From Thermomicrobiales bacterium (GTDB lineage: Bacteria; Chloroflexota; Chloroflexia; Thermomicrobiales; CFX8): a stretch of 64,000 nucleotides of DNA. The notes beneath the pieces were generated by a model. It was not told where the DNA came from. It worked only from the letters and a program-made list of their open reading frames with translations, and did no database searches. The position numbers and the translations under genes are program-made. Of this stretch, positions 25,283 to 34,563 are shown piece after piece (position 1 is the first letter of the stretch; each line of letters starts with the position of its first letter). The stretch lies in the NCBI GenBank assembly GCA_041390865.1, contig JAWKPC010000003.1, positions 342,484 to 406,483 of the forward strand. Direction: 5' to 3'.

Positions 25283-27538
25283 GTGAGCCGACTCACGCGA
25301 CGGAGGCTGCTGCAACTGGCAGGTGGTGGGCTTGCCTTGGCAGCGACGCAGATGCATCGCAACAACGCGGCGGCATTGCGTTCTATCAGCCAGTCCACAA
25401 CAAATCCCGCCCTCATTGTGTCGCCAGATCTCGCAACCGGGACAGGGAGCGGATTCACGACGCTCTTCACCTCGTGGACGGGCCCGCACGACGAGATTCC
25501 GGCCATCGAAGTCTCGGTTGGGGCCCCGGATGGCACCTGGTCCGACTGGCAGCTGCTTCATCAGGACCACCACGTTCCCCTCGATCGTTCACAGCCGATC
25601 CACTTCAACCCGATCATGCGCGCCGGCACGGCTTACCGCATCCGCACCGCTAGACCAGAGGACGAGCAGTACGTCGTCGTCAGCGAACTCGACGCGTCGA
25701 GCCGGAATCCGGGCGGTCTGCTGGGAGCGCAGGAGCGTGATGAGGAAATCGAACTAATTGACGGTTTCATCATCCCTCGCGCCGGATGGGGGGCAGACGA
25801 GTCGTTCCGGCATGTCGGCCAGGACCCGAGCAAACCGATCGCCTGGCCGCCCCAATACAGGGATATCGAGCGCATCATCGTCCATCACACCGACACCGAG
25901 TTCGGATGGGAGGATCCGGCCGCCGTGGTCCGGTCGATCTACTACTACCACGCTGTGCTGCTCGACTGGTCGGACATCGGCTACAACTTTCTGATCGACG
26001 TCTATGGCAACGTCTACGAGGGTCGCTACGGTGGTCCCGGCGTCGTCGGGGGCCACGCGCTGGAATACAATCCCGGCTCGATCGGCATCGCGCTGGTAGG
26101 CGATTTCGAAGATAGCTGGCCTACCGAAGAAGCAATCGATGCCCTGGTCCGGCTGATCCGGGTACGCGCGCCCAACGTCGACCCGACAGCGGCCCGTGAC
26201 TGGATCGACTGGGGAGACGTGCCGAACCTCTGCGGCCATGGGGATGTGATCAATACCGCATGCCCGGGCGTCGATCTCTACACCGTCCTGCCTGATGTTC
26301 GAGGACGGCTGGCCGGATCGACTCCGGTCTTCTTCCCAGCGCCGATCCGCCTCTACGATCCGAAGATCGTCAGCTTCAAGGTCGGTCCATCCCAGGTCGG
26401 CCCCGACGATATCGTCGAGATACGCGCCACGATCACCCAGGATGGCCGTGAGCCGCTCGAATCACAGGGGCCGGACCCTGGCTTCATCTACGGCGAGGAC
26501 GACGATTTTGACACGACAGGGTATCCAAAACAGGAAGGCAGGTTCCGGCTGGCGGTCGACCTCGTCGGATCGGACGGCATTCCGAACCCCTTCCGCTGGG
26601 GATTCGGCGGAACGCTTCAGGGCGGAGAGCAACGCGAGATCGTCGGATACATCCGCATGAGCGATATGGGAGAGAAGACGCTGGTCCCTTCGATCGTCCG
26701 GGAGTTCGTGCGCTATTACGACGAGGAGGAGATTTCCGACTCGATCTTCGTCGTTCATCCTCTTGCCAGCAGAGCCGAGGAGCAGTCGGGCCCCGGCACG
26801 GTGTACTTCGAGGAGACCGGCCACAACGTTCCGGTCATCTTCCACGAGTACTGGCAGGCGCACGGAGGGCTGAACCGCTTCGGATTCCCGCTGACCGAAC
26901 CGTTCGAAGAGAAGTCAGCAACCGACGGTCAGAAATACCTGACCCAGTATTTCGAACGGGCCAGGTTCGAGTACCACCCCGAGCTCGCCCACAAGAACGA
27001 CGTTGTCAAACTCGGGCTCCTCGGAGCCGAGGCGACGTCGTCGCGCCGGACCGAGCAAGCCTTCAAGCCGGTCGACGCTTCGAAGGTCGACCCGGAAGAG
27101 CAGTACTTCCCGGAGACCGGACATTCCACGTCGTTCAGGTTCCTCGAAACCTGGCTGGCGGAAGGCGGTGTCGAATCGTTCGGCTACCCGGTATCGGAGA
27201 AGTTCGAGGAGCCGTCGCTGACCGACGGCGTCCCGCATCTCGTCCAGTACTTCGAACGCGTCCGCTTCGAATACCATCCGAACGATGCCTGGGATAAGCA
27301 GATCAAGCTCGGCCACCTCGGCCGCGAGATTCTGATCCGGCGGGGCTGGCTCCCGGACCGGGTATCGAGACCTGATGGACCGCCCCCGTCCCTCGGGCGG
27401 AGTCCCCCCGGGCAAGGAGTCCGTCTGGGACTACCCCCGCCCGCCGCGTGTCGAAGCCATGGACCGTCGGGTACGCGTCATCGTGGACGGCCGTCCGATT
27501 GCCGATTCGGCCAACGCGCTCCGGGTTCTCGAAACTAG
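25283..27538 (+). CDS. Secreted N-acetylmuramoyl-L-alanine amidase (Amidase_2/PGRP) with two C-terminal wall-binding-like repeats; 3' end uncertain
   Basis: Tat-like signal MSRLTRRRLLQLAGGGLALAA. Catalytic region has IIVHHTDTE, YNFLID and CGHGDVINTACPG. Repeats end in QYFERARFEYHPE and QYFERVRFEYHPN. The last ~60 codons (PDGPPPSLGRSPPG...) look non-coding and overlap the next gene. Confidence 0.85.
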   Translation: MSRLTRRRLLQLAGGGLALAATQMHRNNAAALRSISQSTTNPALIVSPDLATGTGSGFTTLFTSWTGPHDEIPAIEVSVGAPDGTWSDWQLLHQDHHVPLDRSQPIHFNPIMRAGTAYRIRTARPEDEQYVVVSELDASSRNPGGLLGAQERDEEIELIDGFIIPRAGWGADESFRHVGQDPSKPIAWPPQYRDIERIIVHHTDTEFGWEDPAAVVRSIYYYHAVLLDWSDIGYNFLIDVYGNVYEGRYGGPGVVGGHALEYNPGSIGIALVGDFEDSWPTEEAIDALVRLIRVRAPNVDPTAARDWIDWGDVPNLCGHGDVINTACPGVDLYTVLPDVRGRLAGSTPVFFPAPIRLYDPKIVSFKVGPSQVGPDDIVEIRATITQDGREPLESQGPDPGFIYGEDDDFDTTGYPKQEGRFRLAVDLVGSDGIPNPFRWGFGGTLQGGEQREIVGYIRMSDMGEKTLVPSIVREFVRYYDEEEISDSIFVVHPLASRAEEQSGPGTVYFEETGHNVPVIFHEYWQAHGGLNRFGFPLTEPFEEKSATDGQKYLTQYFERARFEYHPELAHKNDVVKLGLLGAEATSSRRTEQAFKPVDASKVDPEEQYFPETGHSTSFRFLETWLAEGGVESFGYPVSEKFEEPSLTDGVPHLVQYFERVRFEYHPNDAWDKQIKLGHLGREILIRRGWLPDRVSRPDGPPPSLGRSPPGQGVRLGLPPPAACRSHGPSGTRHRGRPSDCRFGQRAPGSRN

Positions 27539-27875
27539 CCACCCGCCGACGATCTACATCCCGCCGGAGGACGTTGACCTGGACTGCCTCCAGCCGGCGC
27601 CGCACCGCAGCATCTGCGAGTTCAAGGGCCAGGCGAGATACTGGGACATCGTCATGAACGACCGGGTGATTCCGGCCGCTGCCTGGAGCTATCCGGAACC
27701 AAGGGCCGGATACGAAGCCCTGAGAGATCACCTGTCGTTCTATCCCGGGCGGGTCGACGCCTGTTATCTCGGCGACGAACGCGTCGAGCCCCAGGATGGC
27801 GATTTCTACGGCGGTTGGATCACAAGTGATATCGTCGGACCGTTCAAAGGGCCGCCGGGCACCCGCGGCTGGTAG
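27375..27875 (+). CDS. DUF427 domain protein
   Basis: KESVWDYPRPPRVE...RVLETSHPPTIYIPPEDV matches my recollection of the DUF427 signature. Confidence 0.8.
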   Translation: MDRPRPSGGVPPGKESVWDYPRPPRVEAMDRRVRVIVDGRPIADSANALRVLETSHPPTIYIPPEDVDLDCLQPAPHRSICEFKGQARYWDIVMNDRVIPAAAWSYPEPRAGYEALRDHLSFYPGRVDACYLGDERVEPQDGDFYGGWITSDIVGPFKGPPGTRGW

Positions 27876-27919
27876 ATTGCACCAACGCGTGTTGGTCGAG
27901 AGGTTCGGAGGTATCGACG

Positions 27920-28606
27920 TTGGACTCAGAGACGGCCATTCCGCCGGTTACGAAGCGACGGAGGGTTCGTCTCTCGAACCGCCGTCTTCTCGCATCAGGT
28001 GCGAGTCTCGCATTCTTCGCGGCGATCGCCGCCGTCGTCCACCGCAATCCCAACCTGTCTGCGGACGTTACCGCGACGCTGCGCCTCCAGCGCCGGCAGC
28101 ATCCATTTCTGACCCGCTTCATGTCTGCCATCTCGTGGCTCGGGTTCCGACCGCAGTCGCTTCTCCTGCCTGGAACTCTCGTGGCGGGATACTGGGCGGC
28201 GGGCCATCGCCGGAGCGCGCGCTTTCTGGTCTTCGCCTGGGCGGCGTCGTTCGTGTCCTATACGACCAAGCGGCTCGTCATGCGTCCCCGTCCGAACGGA
28301 CCCGACGTTCAGGTCGTCGAGGCCGATCTCCGGGATTCCAGCTTTCCGAGTGGGCACGTCCTTCATTATGTCGTGTTCTGGGGTTTCGTCTGCTACCTCT
28401 GGAACTCGACGATCAAGAACCCACAACTGCGCCGGATTCCGATGGCGGTCGTGGGCTTCATGATCGCGACGGTCGGTATCTCCAGGGTCTATCTCGGCCA
28501 TCACTGGCTGACCGACGTTATCGGCAGCTACAGCCTGGGCTCGGCTATTCTTCTTAGCCTAATTGGATTCCATACCCGACCGCCGATGGACGAGGGTAGC
28601 GCATAG
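27920..28606 (+). CDS. PAP2-family phosphatase (membrane)
   Basis: KRLVMRPRP, SFPSGH and SRVYLGHHWLTDV are the three PAP2 motifs. Confidence 0.85.
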   Translation: MDSETAIPPVTKRRRVRLSNRRLLASGASLAFFAAIAAVVHRNPNLSADVTATLRLQRRQHPFLTRFMSAISWLGFRPQSLLLPGTLVAGYWAAGHRRSARFLVFAWAASFVSYTTKRLVMRPRPNGPDVQVVEADLRDSSFPSGHVLHYVVFWGFVCYLWNSTIKNPQLRRIPMAVVGFMIATVGISRVYLGHHWLTDVIGSYSLGSAILLSLIGFHTRPPMDEGSA

Positions 28607-29331
28607 TGCTGATCGTCGCGCACCGTGGCGGCAATCCCGACGACATTGAAAACTCCGCGGCCGCGTTCAGGCACGGTGTCGAGATCGGGGCCGATCTGCT
28701 CGAGTGCGATCTTCAACTGTCAGCCTCGGGGGAAATCGTCGTCTACCATGACACCGAACACTTCGGCGCGCCGATCCGCAACTTCACGACTGATGAACTG
28801 CGCGGGCTGATTCCGACGATCCTGACCCTCGACGAATTGCTGGCTCTGCTCGAAGATATCGGTCCGGAAACCAGGCTTGTGCTCGACCTGAAAGATCGGG
28901 ATGTCGACCGGGCTCTGGAGCCCTATCTCCAGGACTCGGAACTCCGGCAGCGGTCTCTCGTGACGAGCACCTTCTCATTCGGCCTGTTGCGGCTTCGGCG
29001 AGCGTTTCCCGATCTCCGGACCGGCCTGTCGCGAGGTGCGATCTTTACACGGGTCCCGAGATGGATCCGCCCGCTTGCGATAGCGACGGTCGGCAGAGCG
29101 ACGAGCATGATCGCGATCATCCACCTCAAGGTGTTCGGGATCGATACAGCCGTGGTTCAGCACCATCTCGTGGACGGAGGAGGGATCGGACGCTTCCACC
29201 GGCGCGGAATCCGGGTCTACGCCTGGACGATAGACGAGCCGGCTCGAGCAACCCGGCTCCAGGATCTCGGCGTCGACTATCTCACGACGAACGTCCCGGC
29301 CCGGATGATCGAGCACTTCAAGAATCAGTAG
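28606..29331 (+). CDS. Glycerophosphodiester phosphodiesterase family protein
   Basis: IVAHRGG..ENS..AF, ECDLQLS..GEIVVYHD, and the YAWT region. The GTG start overlaps the PAP2 stop. Confidence 0.85.
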   Translation: MLIVAHRGGNPDDIENSAAAFRHGVEIGADLLECDLQLSASGEIVVYHDTEHFGAPIRNFTTDELRGLIPTILTLDELLALLEDIGPETRLVLDLKDRDVDRALEPYLQDSELRQRSLVTSTFSFGLLRLRRAFPDLRTGLSRGAIFTRVPRWIRPLAIATVGRATSMIAIIHLKVFGIDTAVVQHHLVDGGGIGRFHRRGIRVYAWTIDEPARATRLQDLGVDYLTTNVPARMIEHFKNQ

Positions 29332-29352
29332 TACGGTTTCACGGTCAGACCC

Positions 29353-29380
29353 GTAGGGGCGTGATTCATCACGCCCCTAC
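29353..29380. terminator. Hairpin between convergent GDPD and CAP-domain genes
   Basis: gtaggggcgtga ttca tcacgcccctac forms a 12-bp stem with a 4-nt loop. No clear U-tract follows. Confidence 0.55.
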
Positions 29381-29411
29381 ACCTTCGGACCATTTATTGT
29401 CGGCAACAGTA

Positions 29412-31343
29412 TTAGGAACCCGGTGGGTCGATGCCGTAGCGCCAGGTGTAGTAGTGCCGCCCGACATTGCCCATCTCGACCTGCCACTCCGGAGCGTTCG
29501 ACGGCGTGAAGGTGAGAAGCCGGCGCTCGAACGCCTGGACGAGCACCCAGCGCGGTTCCCCGCTTACCATCACGCGCGCCCAGTAGGGCTCGGTGACCGG
29601 AAGACCGACAACTTCCCACCATTTCACCGGCAGGGTCTCGAAGTAATTCTCGAAAACGACGGCGACGTTGTGCCCGGTCTCGGTGTTGTACGAGCCATAA
29701 ACGGCCTGTCCTGCCAGACCGGAGTTCTCACCCACTGCGCCGCTCCGGCTGATCGTCTCGACAATGGACTGTCCGAAGCGCGGTGACGACTGGTTTTCAC
29801 CGTCGACGGTCGCGACACCGGCCAGGCTGGCGTAGGTTGGAGCGTTCTCGTTGAACTCTAGCGGGTCACCCGCTAGAGGAATCGCCGCCGGTCCGATATC
29901 GGTGTAGGCGTTGTCGCCGACCTGGGCAGATCCGAGGATCATGTCCCGGACGAGCAGGCCAGCCGTCAGGAGATCGGGATCCTTCTCGGCCTGTTCGCTG
30001 CCTATCTCGACTCGCGCCTTATCAAAGTAATAGACATCGCGGGAGCCGTCCGGCGATTCGAGATATGGCTCATCTCCCGAGGACCAAACATCCATCCCGA
30101 GCATCCATGACCGGGTCTCGAGCTCGTTGTAAAGTGGTCCATCAAGCTCCATCCAGAGGGACTGGACGCTTAGCGGACTCACCGACAACCCGGAGGGAAG
30201 CGGAGAATCGGCGCTGGCCGCCGTCACCGGTGGTGCCGCGGGAGCTTCCTCGGTCGGCGTGGCGGATGGCGCAGCAGTGGCTGTCGGCGAAGCCGTTGCG
30301 GTTGGCGACGGCTGCGACGTCGGCTCAGCGGTCGCCGTCGGAGCCGGAGGCTGGACTGGCAGCTGATCGTCGCCGCGGGCCATGTCCTCTGTATCGTCCT
30401 GCTTCGTCGTGAAGCTCCAGGTCCGGGCGAACGCTTCGCCTCCGGCTGTACCGGCGGCACGAACGGTATAGGTCGTCCCGTACTCGAGCGGTTCGGCGGC
30501 CGTAATCAACGCGGCACGCCCGCTGAGGAAACCAGTTCCGACACTCCCGAAAGAAGGAAGCTCTACGCCGTTGGCGCTGATTGACCAGGTATCCAGGCTG
30601 ATGCCGCCCTCACCGTGGTAGCTCATCGTGATCGGTAATCCGGTTGGAAACGTCGCACCCGGAAATGGGTTCGGGGCCTCACCCCAGAACGACCGGCCGA
30701 CGCCCGTTGTGCCGTCCGGAGGCCAGACCGCCCACTTCGGCTCGCTGTACTCGGCATATTCCGGCATGCCGAACATAATCACTTCGAAGACGATGTCGCC
30801 ATCGTTAACCGTCGCCATGCCGACATCGGTGTAGCGAGGATCGATGATCGGCAGCCGGTGATTGATCGTATCCATGAACCAGTCGATCGACGAGATCATC
30901 GAACCTGACAGGCCCGCGTTCTCGTTAACCGACCCTTCATAGCCCTGAGCCCGGGCGCGATCCCGCATGGATTCGCCGGTGAAACCAGGCCGGCCGGGAG
31001 TCTCCAGATGGAGTCCCATCCCCGCCAGGTTGGGGTCGCCGTAGTTCAGCCGGTAATACGCGGCGTGCGCTTCAGCGGCCGCCTGGAGCGACGGGTTGAT
31101 CGACATCGGCGCCAGACCGAGCCAGCCACGGTAACGATTCATCATCGCCAGGCCGGTCTCGATCTCGGGATCGCGGCTCTGTTGAGCCTGAACCGGAATG
31201 AAGAATGCGGGCACGAGAAGTGCCGCCAGAATGAGCGCCACTCCAACGATCGATAACAACGACCGCCGGCGCTGTATTGATTTACACCCCAAAAGAAGAT
31301 CCCCTTGCTTCCATCGCCGCCCCACCAGCGGCAAATCCGTCAA
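29412..31343 (-). CDS. Secreted CAP/SCP (PR-1-like) domain protein with Pro/Thr/Ala linker and C-terminal wall-binding-like module
   Basis: Signal/TM at the N-terminus. MNRYRGWLGLAPMSINPSLQAAAEAHAAYY is the CAP-domain start. PT-rich linker PAPTATAEPTSQPSPTATASPTATAAP. C-terminal TETGHNVAVVF...GLPVTEPYW...QAFERRLLTF. Confidence 0.75.
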   Translation of the reverse strand: MTDLPLVGRRWKQGDLLLGCKSIQRRRSLLSIVGVALILAALLVPAFFIPVQAQQSRDPEIETGLAMMNRYRGWLGLAPMSINPSLQAAAEAHAAYYRLNYGDPNLAGMGLHLETPGRPGFTGESMRDRARAQGYEGSVNENAGLSGSMISSIDWFMDTINHRLPIIDPRYTDVGMATVNDGDIVFEVIMFGMPEYAEYSEPKWAVWPPDGTTGVGRSFWGEAPNPFPGATFPTGLPITMSYHGEGGISLDTWSISANGVELPSFGSVGTGFLSGRAALITAAEPLEYGTTYTVRAAGTAGGEAFARTWSFTTKQDDTEDMARGDDQLPVQPPAPTATAEPTSQPSPTATASPTATAAPSATPTEEAPAAPPVTAASADSPLPSGLSVSPLSVQSLWMELDGPLYNELETRSWMLGMDVWSSGDEPYLESPDGSRDVYYFDKARVEIGSEQAEKDPDLLTAGLLVRDMILGSAQVGDNAYTDIGPAAIPLAGDPLEFNENAPTYASLAGVATVDGENQSSPRFGQSIVETISRSGAVGENSGLAGQAVYGSYNTETGHNVAVVFENYFETLPVKWWEVVGLPVTEPYWARVMVSGEPRWVLVQAFERRLLTFTPSNAPEWQVEMGNVGRHYYTWRYGIDPPGS

Positions 31344-31535
31344 TCGGATCTGGCATGGACAAGGCCATTGTACCGGAGGAGGTCACGCAAATCCTTATGT
31401 TGACTCGATGTCAGGGAGAATCGGGACTTTCCGGTTGCCTTCCGGCCGCTGCAGCGGAGCCCCTGCGATAGGCTGCGATGCTGATCTATGATGTCGGAAC
31501 AAATGCATTGGACGAATCAAAGGAAGGGACGTCGC

Positions 31536-31937
31536 GTGAGCGACCATCAGATGTATCAGGCCGGCGAAGGAGCCGAGATCGAAGCCCTGCCGGCCGAGGT
31601 TGGCTTCAGCGAAATCGAAGACCTCGCCGGCTTCGAGCCGATCCCGGGAGTCACGATGAATATGCTCGCCGGCGCCCGAGCGATGCTGAACTGGGTCCGG
31701 ATCGAGCCCGGCGCCAGAGTGCCAAGCCATTCCCATCCCCACGAGCAGCTTGGCTTCGTCCTCGAAGGAACAATCATCCTGCGGATTGGCGATGAAACGC
31801 GGGAGATCGGGCCGAGCACCTGCTACGTCATCCCGGGTGGCGTCGAGCATGAGGGCACCGGCGGCCCGGAAGGCTGCGTCGTCATGGATGTATTCTCTCC
31901 GCCGCGGGAGGACTATCTGGCGGCGGCACAAGACTAA
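31536..31937 (+). CDS. Cupin domain protein
   Basis: VPSHSHPHEQLGFVLEG...GVEHEG cupin motifs. Start set to the in-frame GTG at 31536, preceded by AAGGAAGGG. The track start is 31488. Confidence 0.75.
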   Translation: MSDHQMYQAGEGAEIEALPAEVGFSEIEDLAGFEPIPGVTMNMLAGARAMLNWVRIEPGARVPSHSHPHEQLGFVLEGTIILRIGDETREIGPSTCYVIPGGVEHEGTGGPEGCVVMDVFSPPREDYLAAAQD

Positions 31938-32010
31938 GCGCCGATCACGTTCCGGCATCGACATATTTCGATCTGTTGCCGAAGTTGGATAACCGTGCTA
32001 TGGTCATAAG

Positions 32011-33198
32011 GTGATAGTGCAAAGTAATGCACATCCTCTTTTGTCATTGGCCGATAAACGAATTGAAGAGCTTCTATTGGGCGAGCTACTGGTCGGGCGG
32101 CCGGTATTGCGGCAGGTGGTTGCCGTATCTGCGCCGCTCGTTCTGACGTCAGCGATATCGATGACCTACCGCGCCGTATCACGGGATGGCGATCCGGTCC
32201 TCCCGTCGGTGGACCCCTGGTTTGTCGAGGCTCGCGAGAAGTTATCAGATGACGTTCAGCATGACCTCGACCTTCTGCTCGGCTTCTCGGGCCGGTTGCT
32301 CTACTACGGTGAAGAACTCCTCTTCTCCTTCGATCCACTCGAACCCGACCACATCGACGCCAGCTACGACGATTACCACCAGCATCTGCTGGACCTTCCG
32401 GCCATCGCCTACCAGCGAATGGCCTCGAACGCCGTCCAGCGCTACTACCGCGACCAGCAGATGCCGCAGGAGCCGCCGGAAAGCGACGACCGGTCGATAT
32501 GGCGGGAATTCCTTCAGGGCGCGGTAATCTCCGGCGACCTCGACGAGCTTGTCGATCTGATCACGAATCCGCTCGAACTGAAGAACCGATCGCTCAGGAT
32601 GATCGAAGAGTTCTGGGAAACCTGCTACGCCGACGAGTTCGAACGCGAATGGCCGGTCCTGCAGCGGGCCACGCGCCACGCTCAGTCGCTCGTTCATCCG
32701 GTCGTCCAGGTCTCCTTCTCCGAGCTCACCGGCCACCGCCTGCCGGAAGACATCGCCATCCATCTCACCGACGTTGAGCGAGTGACCTACTGCCCTTCGA
32801 GCCACCTGGGCAGCTTCATCCAGTACATCTACTATCCGCCGGAGCTGATTCTGTTCTTCAATCCGTCAGCGGTCCTCGACAGCCGTCCAATGCCGGCGAC
32901 GCCAGCCAGCCCTACTCCGGTCGAAGTTGCCGAGACGGCTGCTCTGGCGAGTATGAAAGCCATCGCCGACCCGACCCGGCTGCGAATCATCGGGATGCTC
33001 CAGGAGCGCGAGCACTACGCCCAGGAAATCGTCGGCAAGCTCGGCATCAGCCAGTCGGCCGTTTCGCGCCATCTGAGCACGCTTGAGACGGCCAGCATCG
33101 TCTCGGTCCGGCCGGACCAGGGGATGAAGTACTATGCCATCGACAGAGACCACCTCCGTACGCTGGCGGGTTACATCCATAGCCTGGCCGACCAGTAG
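32011..33198 (+). CDS. ArsR-family winged-helix regulator with long N-terminal domain (DUF5937-like)
   Basis: C-terminal ADPTRLRIIGMLQEREHYAQEIVGKLGISQSAVSRHLSTLETASIV. Confidence 0.75.
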   Translation: MIVQSNAHPLLSLADKRIEELLLGELLVGRPVLRQVVAVSAPLVLTSAISMTYRAVSRDGDPVLPSVDPWFVEAREKLSDDVQHDLDLLLGFSGRLLYYGEELLFSFDPLEPDHIDASYDDYHQHLLDLPAIAYQRMASNAVQRYYRDQQMPQEPPESDDRSIWREFLQGAVISGDLDELVDLITNPLELKNRSLRMIEEFWETCYADEFEREWPVLQRATRHAQSLVHPVVQVSFSELTGHRLPEDIAIHLTDVERVTYCPSSHLGSFIQYIYYPPELILFFNPSAVLDSRPMPATPASPTPVEVAETAALASMKAIADPTRLRIIGMLQEREHYAQEIVGKLGISQSAVSRHLSTLETASIVSVRPDQGMKYYAIDRDHLRTLAGYIHSLADQ

Positions 33199-33321
33199 GC
33201 AACCGCCCGCCCCACGCCAGGGAGCAAATATTGACAGAACTTCGAACCCGCTGGCTTGACGACGACATCGGGATTGTCGACCTGGAATTCCAGGGGCACC
33301 CGGCCTTGATCGCCGCTCTAT

Positions 33322-34164
33322 GTGCTCAGGACCAGTGACGGCCTCGCGTTGATCGAGACCGGTCCCGGCAGCACGCTCGAAGCACTACATACCGGACTCC
33401 GGACGCTCGGACTTGAAGCCAGTGAGATCCGGCACGTCCTGGTTACGCACATCCATCTCGACCACGCCGGCGCGGCCGGCGCTCTCCTGGAGGAACTGCC
33501 CGACGCAACGCTCTACGTCCACGAGAGGGGCGTCCGCCACATGCTCGATCCCGAGCGGCTGATCGCGAGCGCAAAGCAGATTTACGGCGCGCTGATGGAC
33601 CCGCTCTGGGGAGACTTCCTGCCGACACCCGGCGATCGAACGATCTCGATCACCGATCACGACACGGTTAAGGTCGGAGACACCGAGCTCCAGGTTCACT
33701 ACACTCCTGGCCACGCATCGCATCACGTCGCGTTCTACGAACCCGAAAGAAACGTCGTCTTTGCTGGAGACGTCGCCGGTGTCAGAGTGCCACCCTCGCC
33801 GCTCGTCTGGCCGCCGACGCCGCCGCCCGACATCGACATCGAGGCATGGAAAGCCAGCACCCGGCGGCTGCGGGAACTCGACCCTGAGTCGATCCTGATC
33901 ACCCATTTCGATCAGTACGACAACGTCTTCGATCACCTCGACCAGCTCGACCGGCGCCTCGACGAATGGGTTGAGAAGATCGAACGATGGCGAAGCCAGG
34001 ACATGAGCCGGGACGAGATGATCGACGCGCTCAAATCAGATGTGCTCGGCGAGATCGAGCGAGAGCCGGGCTCGCACTCGACGACCTATGCGACGACCTA
34101 CGTGACGCCCTTCTACATGAGCGTCGATGGTCTGAACCGGTATCTCGACAAGCGAGACGCCTAG
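33322..34164 (+). CDS. MBL-fold metallo-hydrolase (N-terminal strands appear to lie in another frame, see findings)
   Basis: THIHLDHAG is the HxHxDH motif. Also YTPGHASHH and ITHFD. Confidence 0.8.
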   Translation: MLRTSDGLALIETGPGSTLEALHTGLRTLGLEASEIRHVLVTHIHLDHAGAAGALLEELPDATLYVHERGVRHMLDPERLIASAKQIYGALMDPLWGDFLPTPGDRTISITDHDTVKVGDTELQVHYTPGHASHHVAFYEPERNVVFAGDVAGVRVPPSPLVWPPTPPPDIDIEAWKASTRRLRELDPESILITHFDQYDNVFDHLDQLDRRLDEWVEKIERWRSQDMSRDEMIDALKSDVLGEIEREPGSHSTTYATTYVTPFYMSVDGLNRYLDKRDA

Positions 34165-34563
34165 GCGGCCTCCAACGGCCCCACCAATGTCATCCTGAAC
34201 GAAGGCTCCACGCAGTGAAGGGGCGAGCCAGGCCGATGGAGCTGGACAGGAAAGCGGCATGGCATCATGAGCCGGTTATGCCGCGATGCAATGCTTCATC
34301 GCTCGAAGCAGAACCTTCATACCCACACCATGGGCGGCCAGCTGTCGCTCCGGTCGGGATGACGTGGACGGAGGTTCTGGCGTTTCTCGAGAAGGTAGGC
34401 GAATCGGGTACCGCAGGCCGTCGACGTCTCTGCAGTATCGGCACCAGCGCGTTGACGACAATCGACAGGTCTCCATCGCCCTTGCGTCGGTCGTGCCACA
34501 TCGGTGATCGTCCCTGTCCGATCGACATGGGGCGGCGTCTAGATCGGCTGGCTTTTCGGGAAT

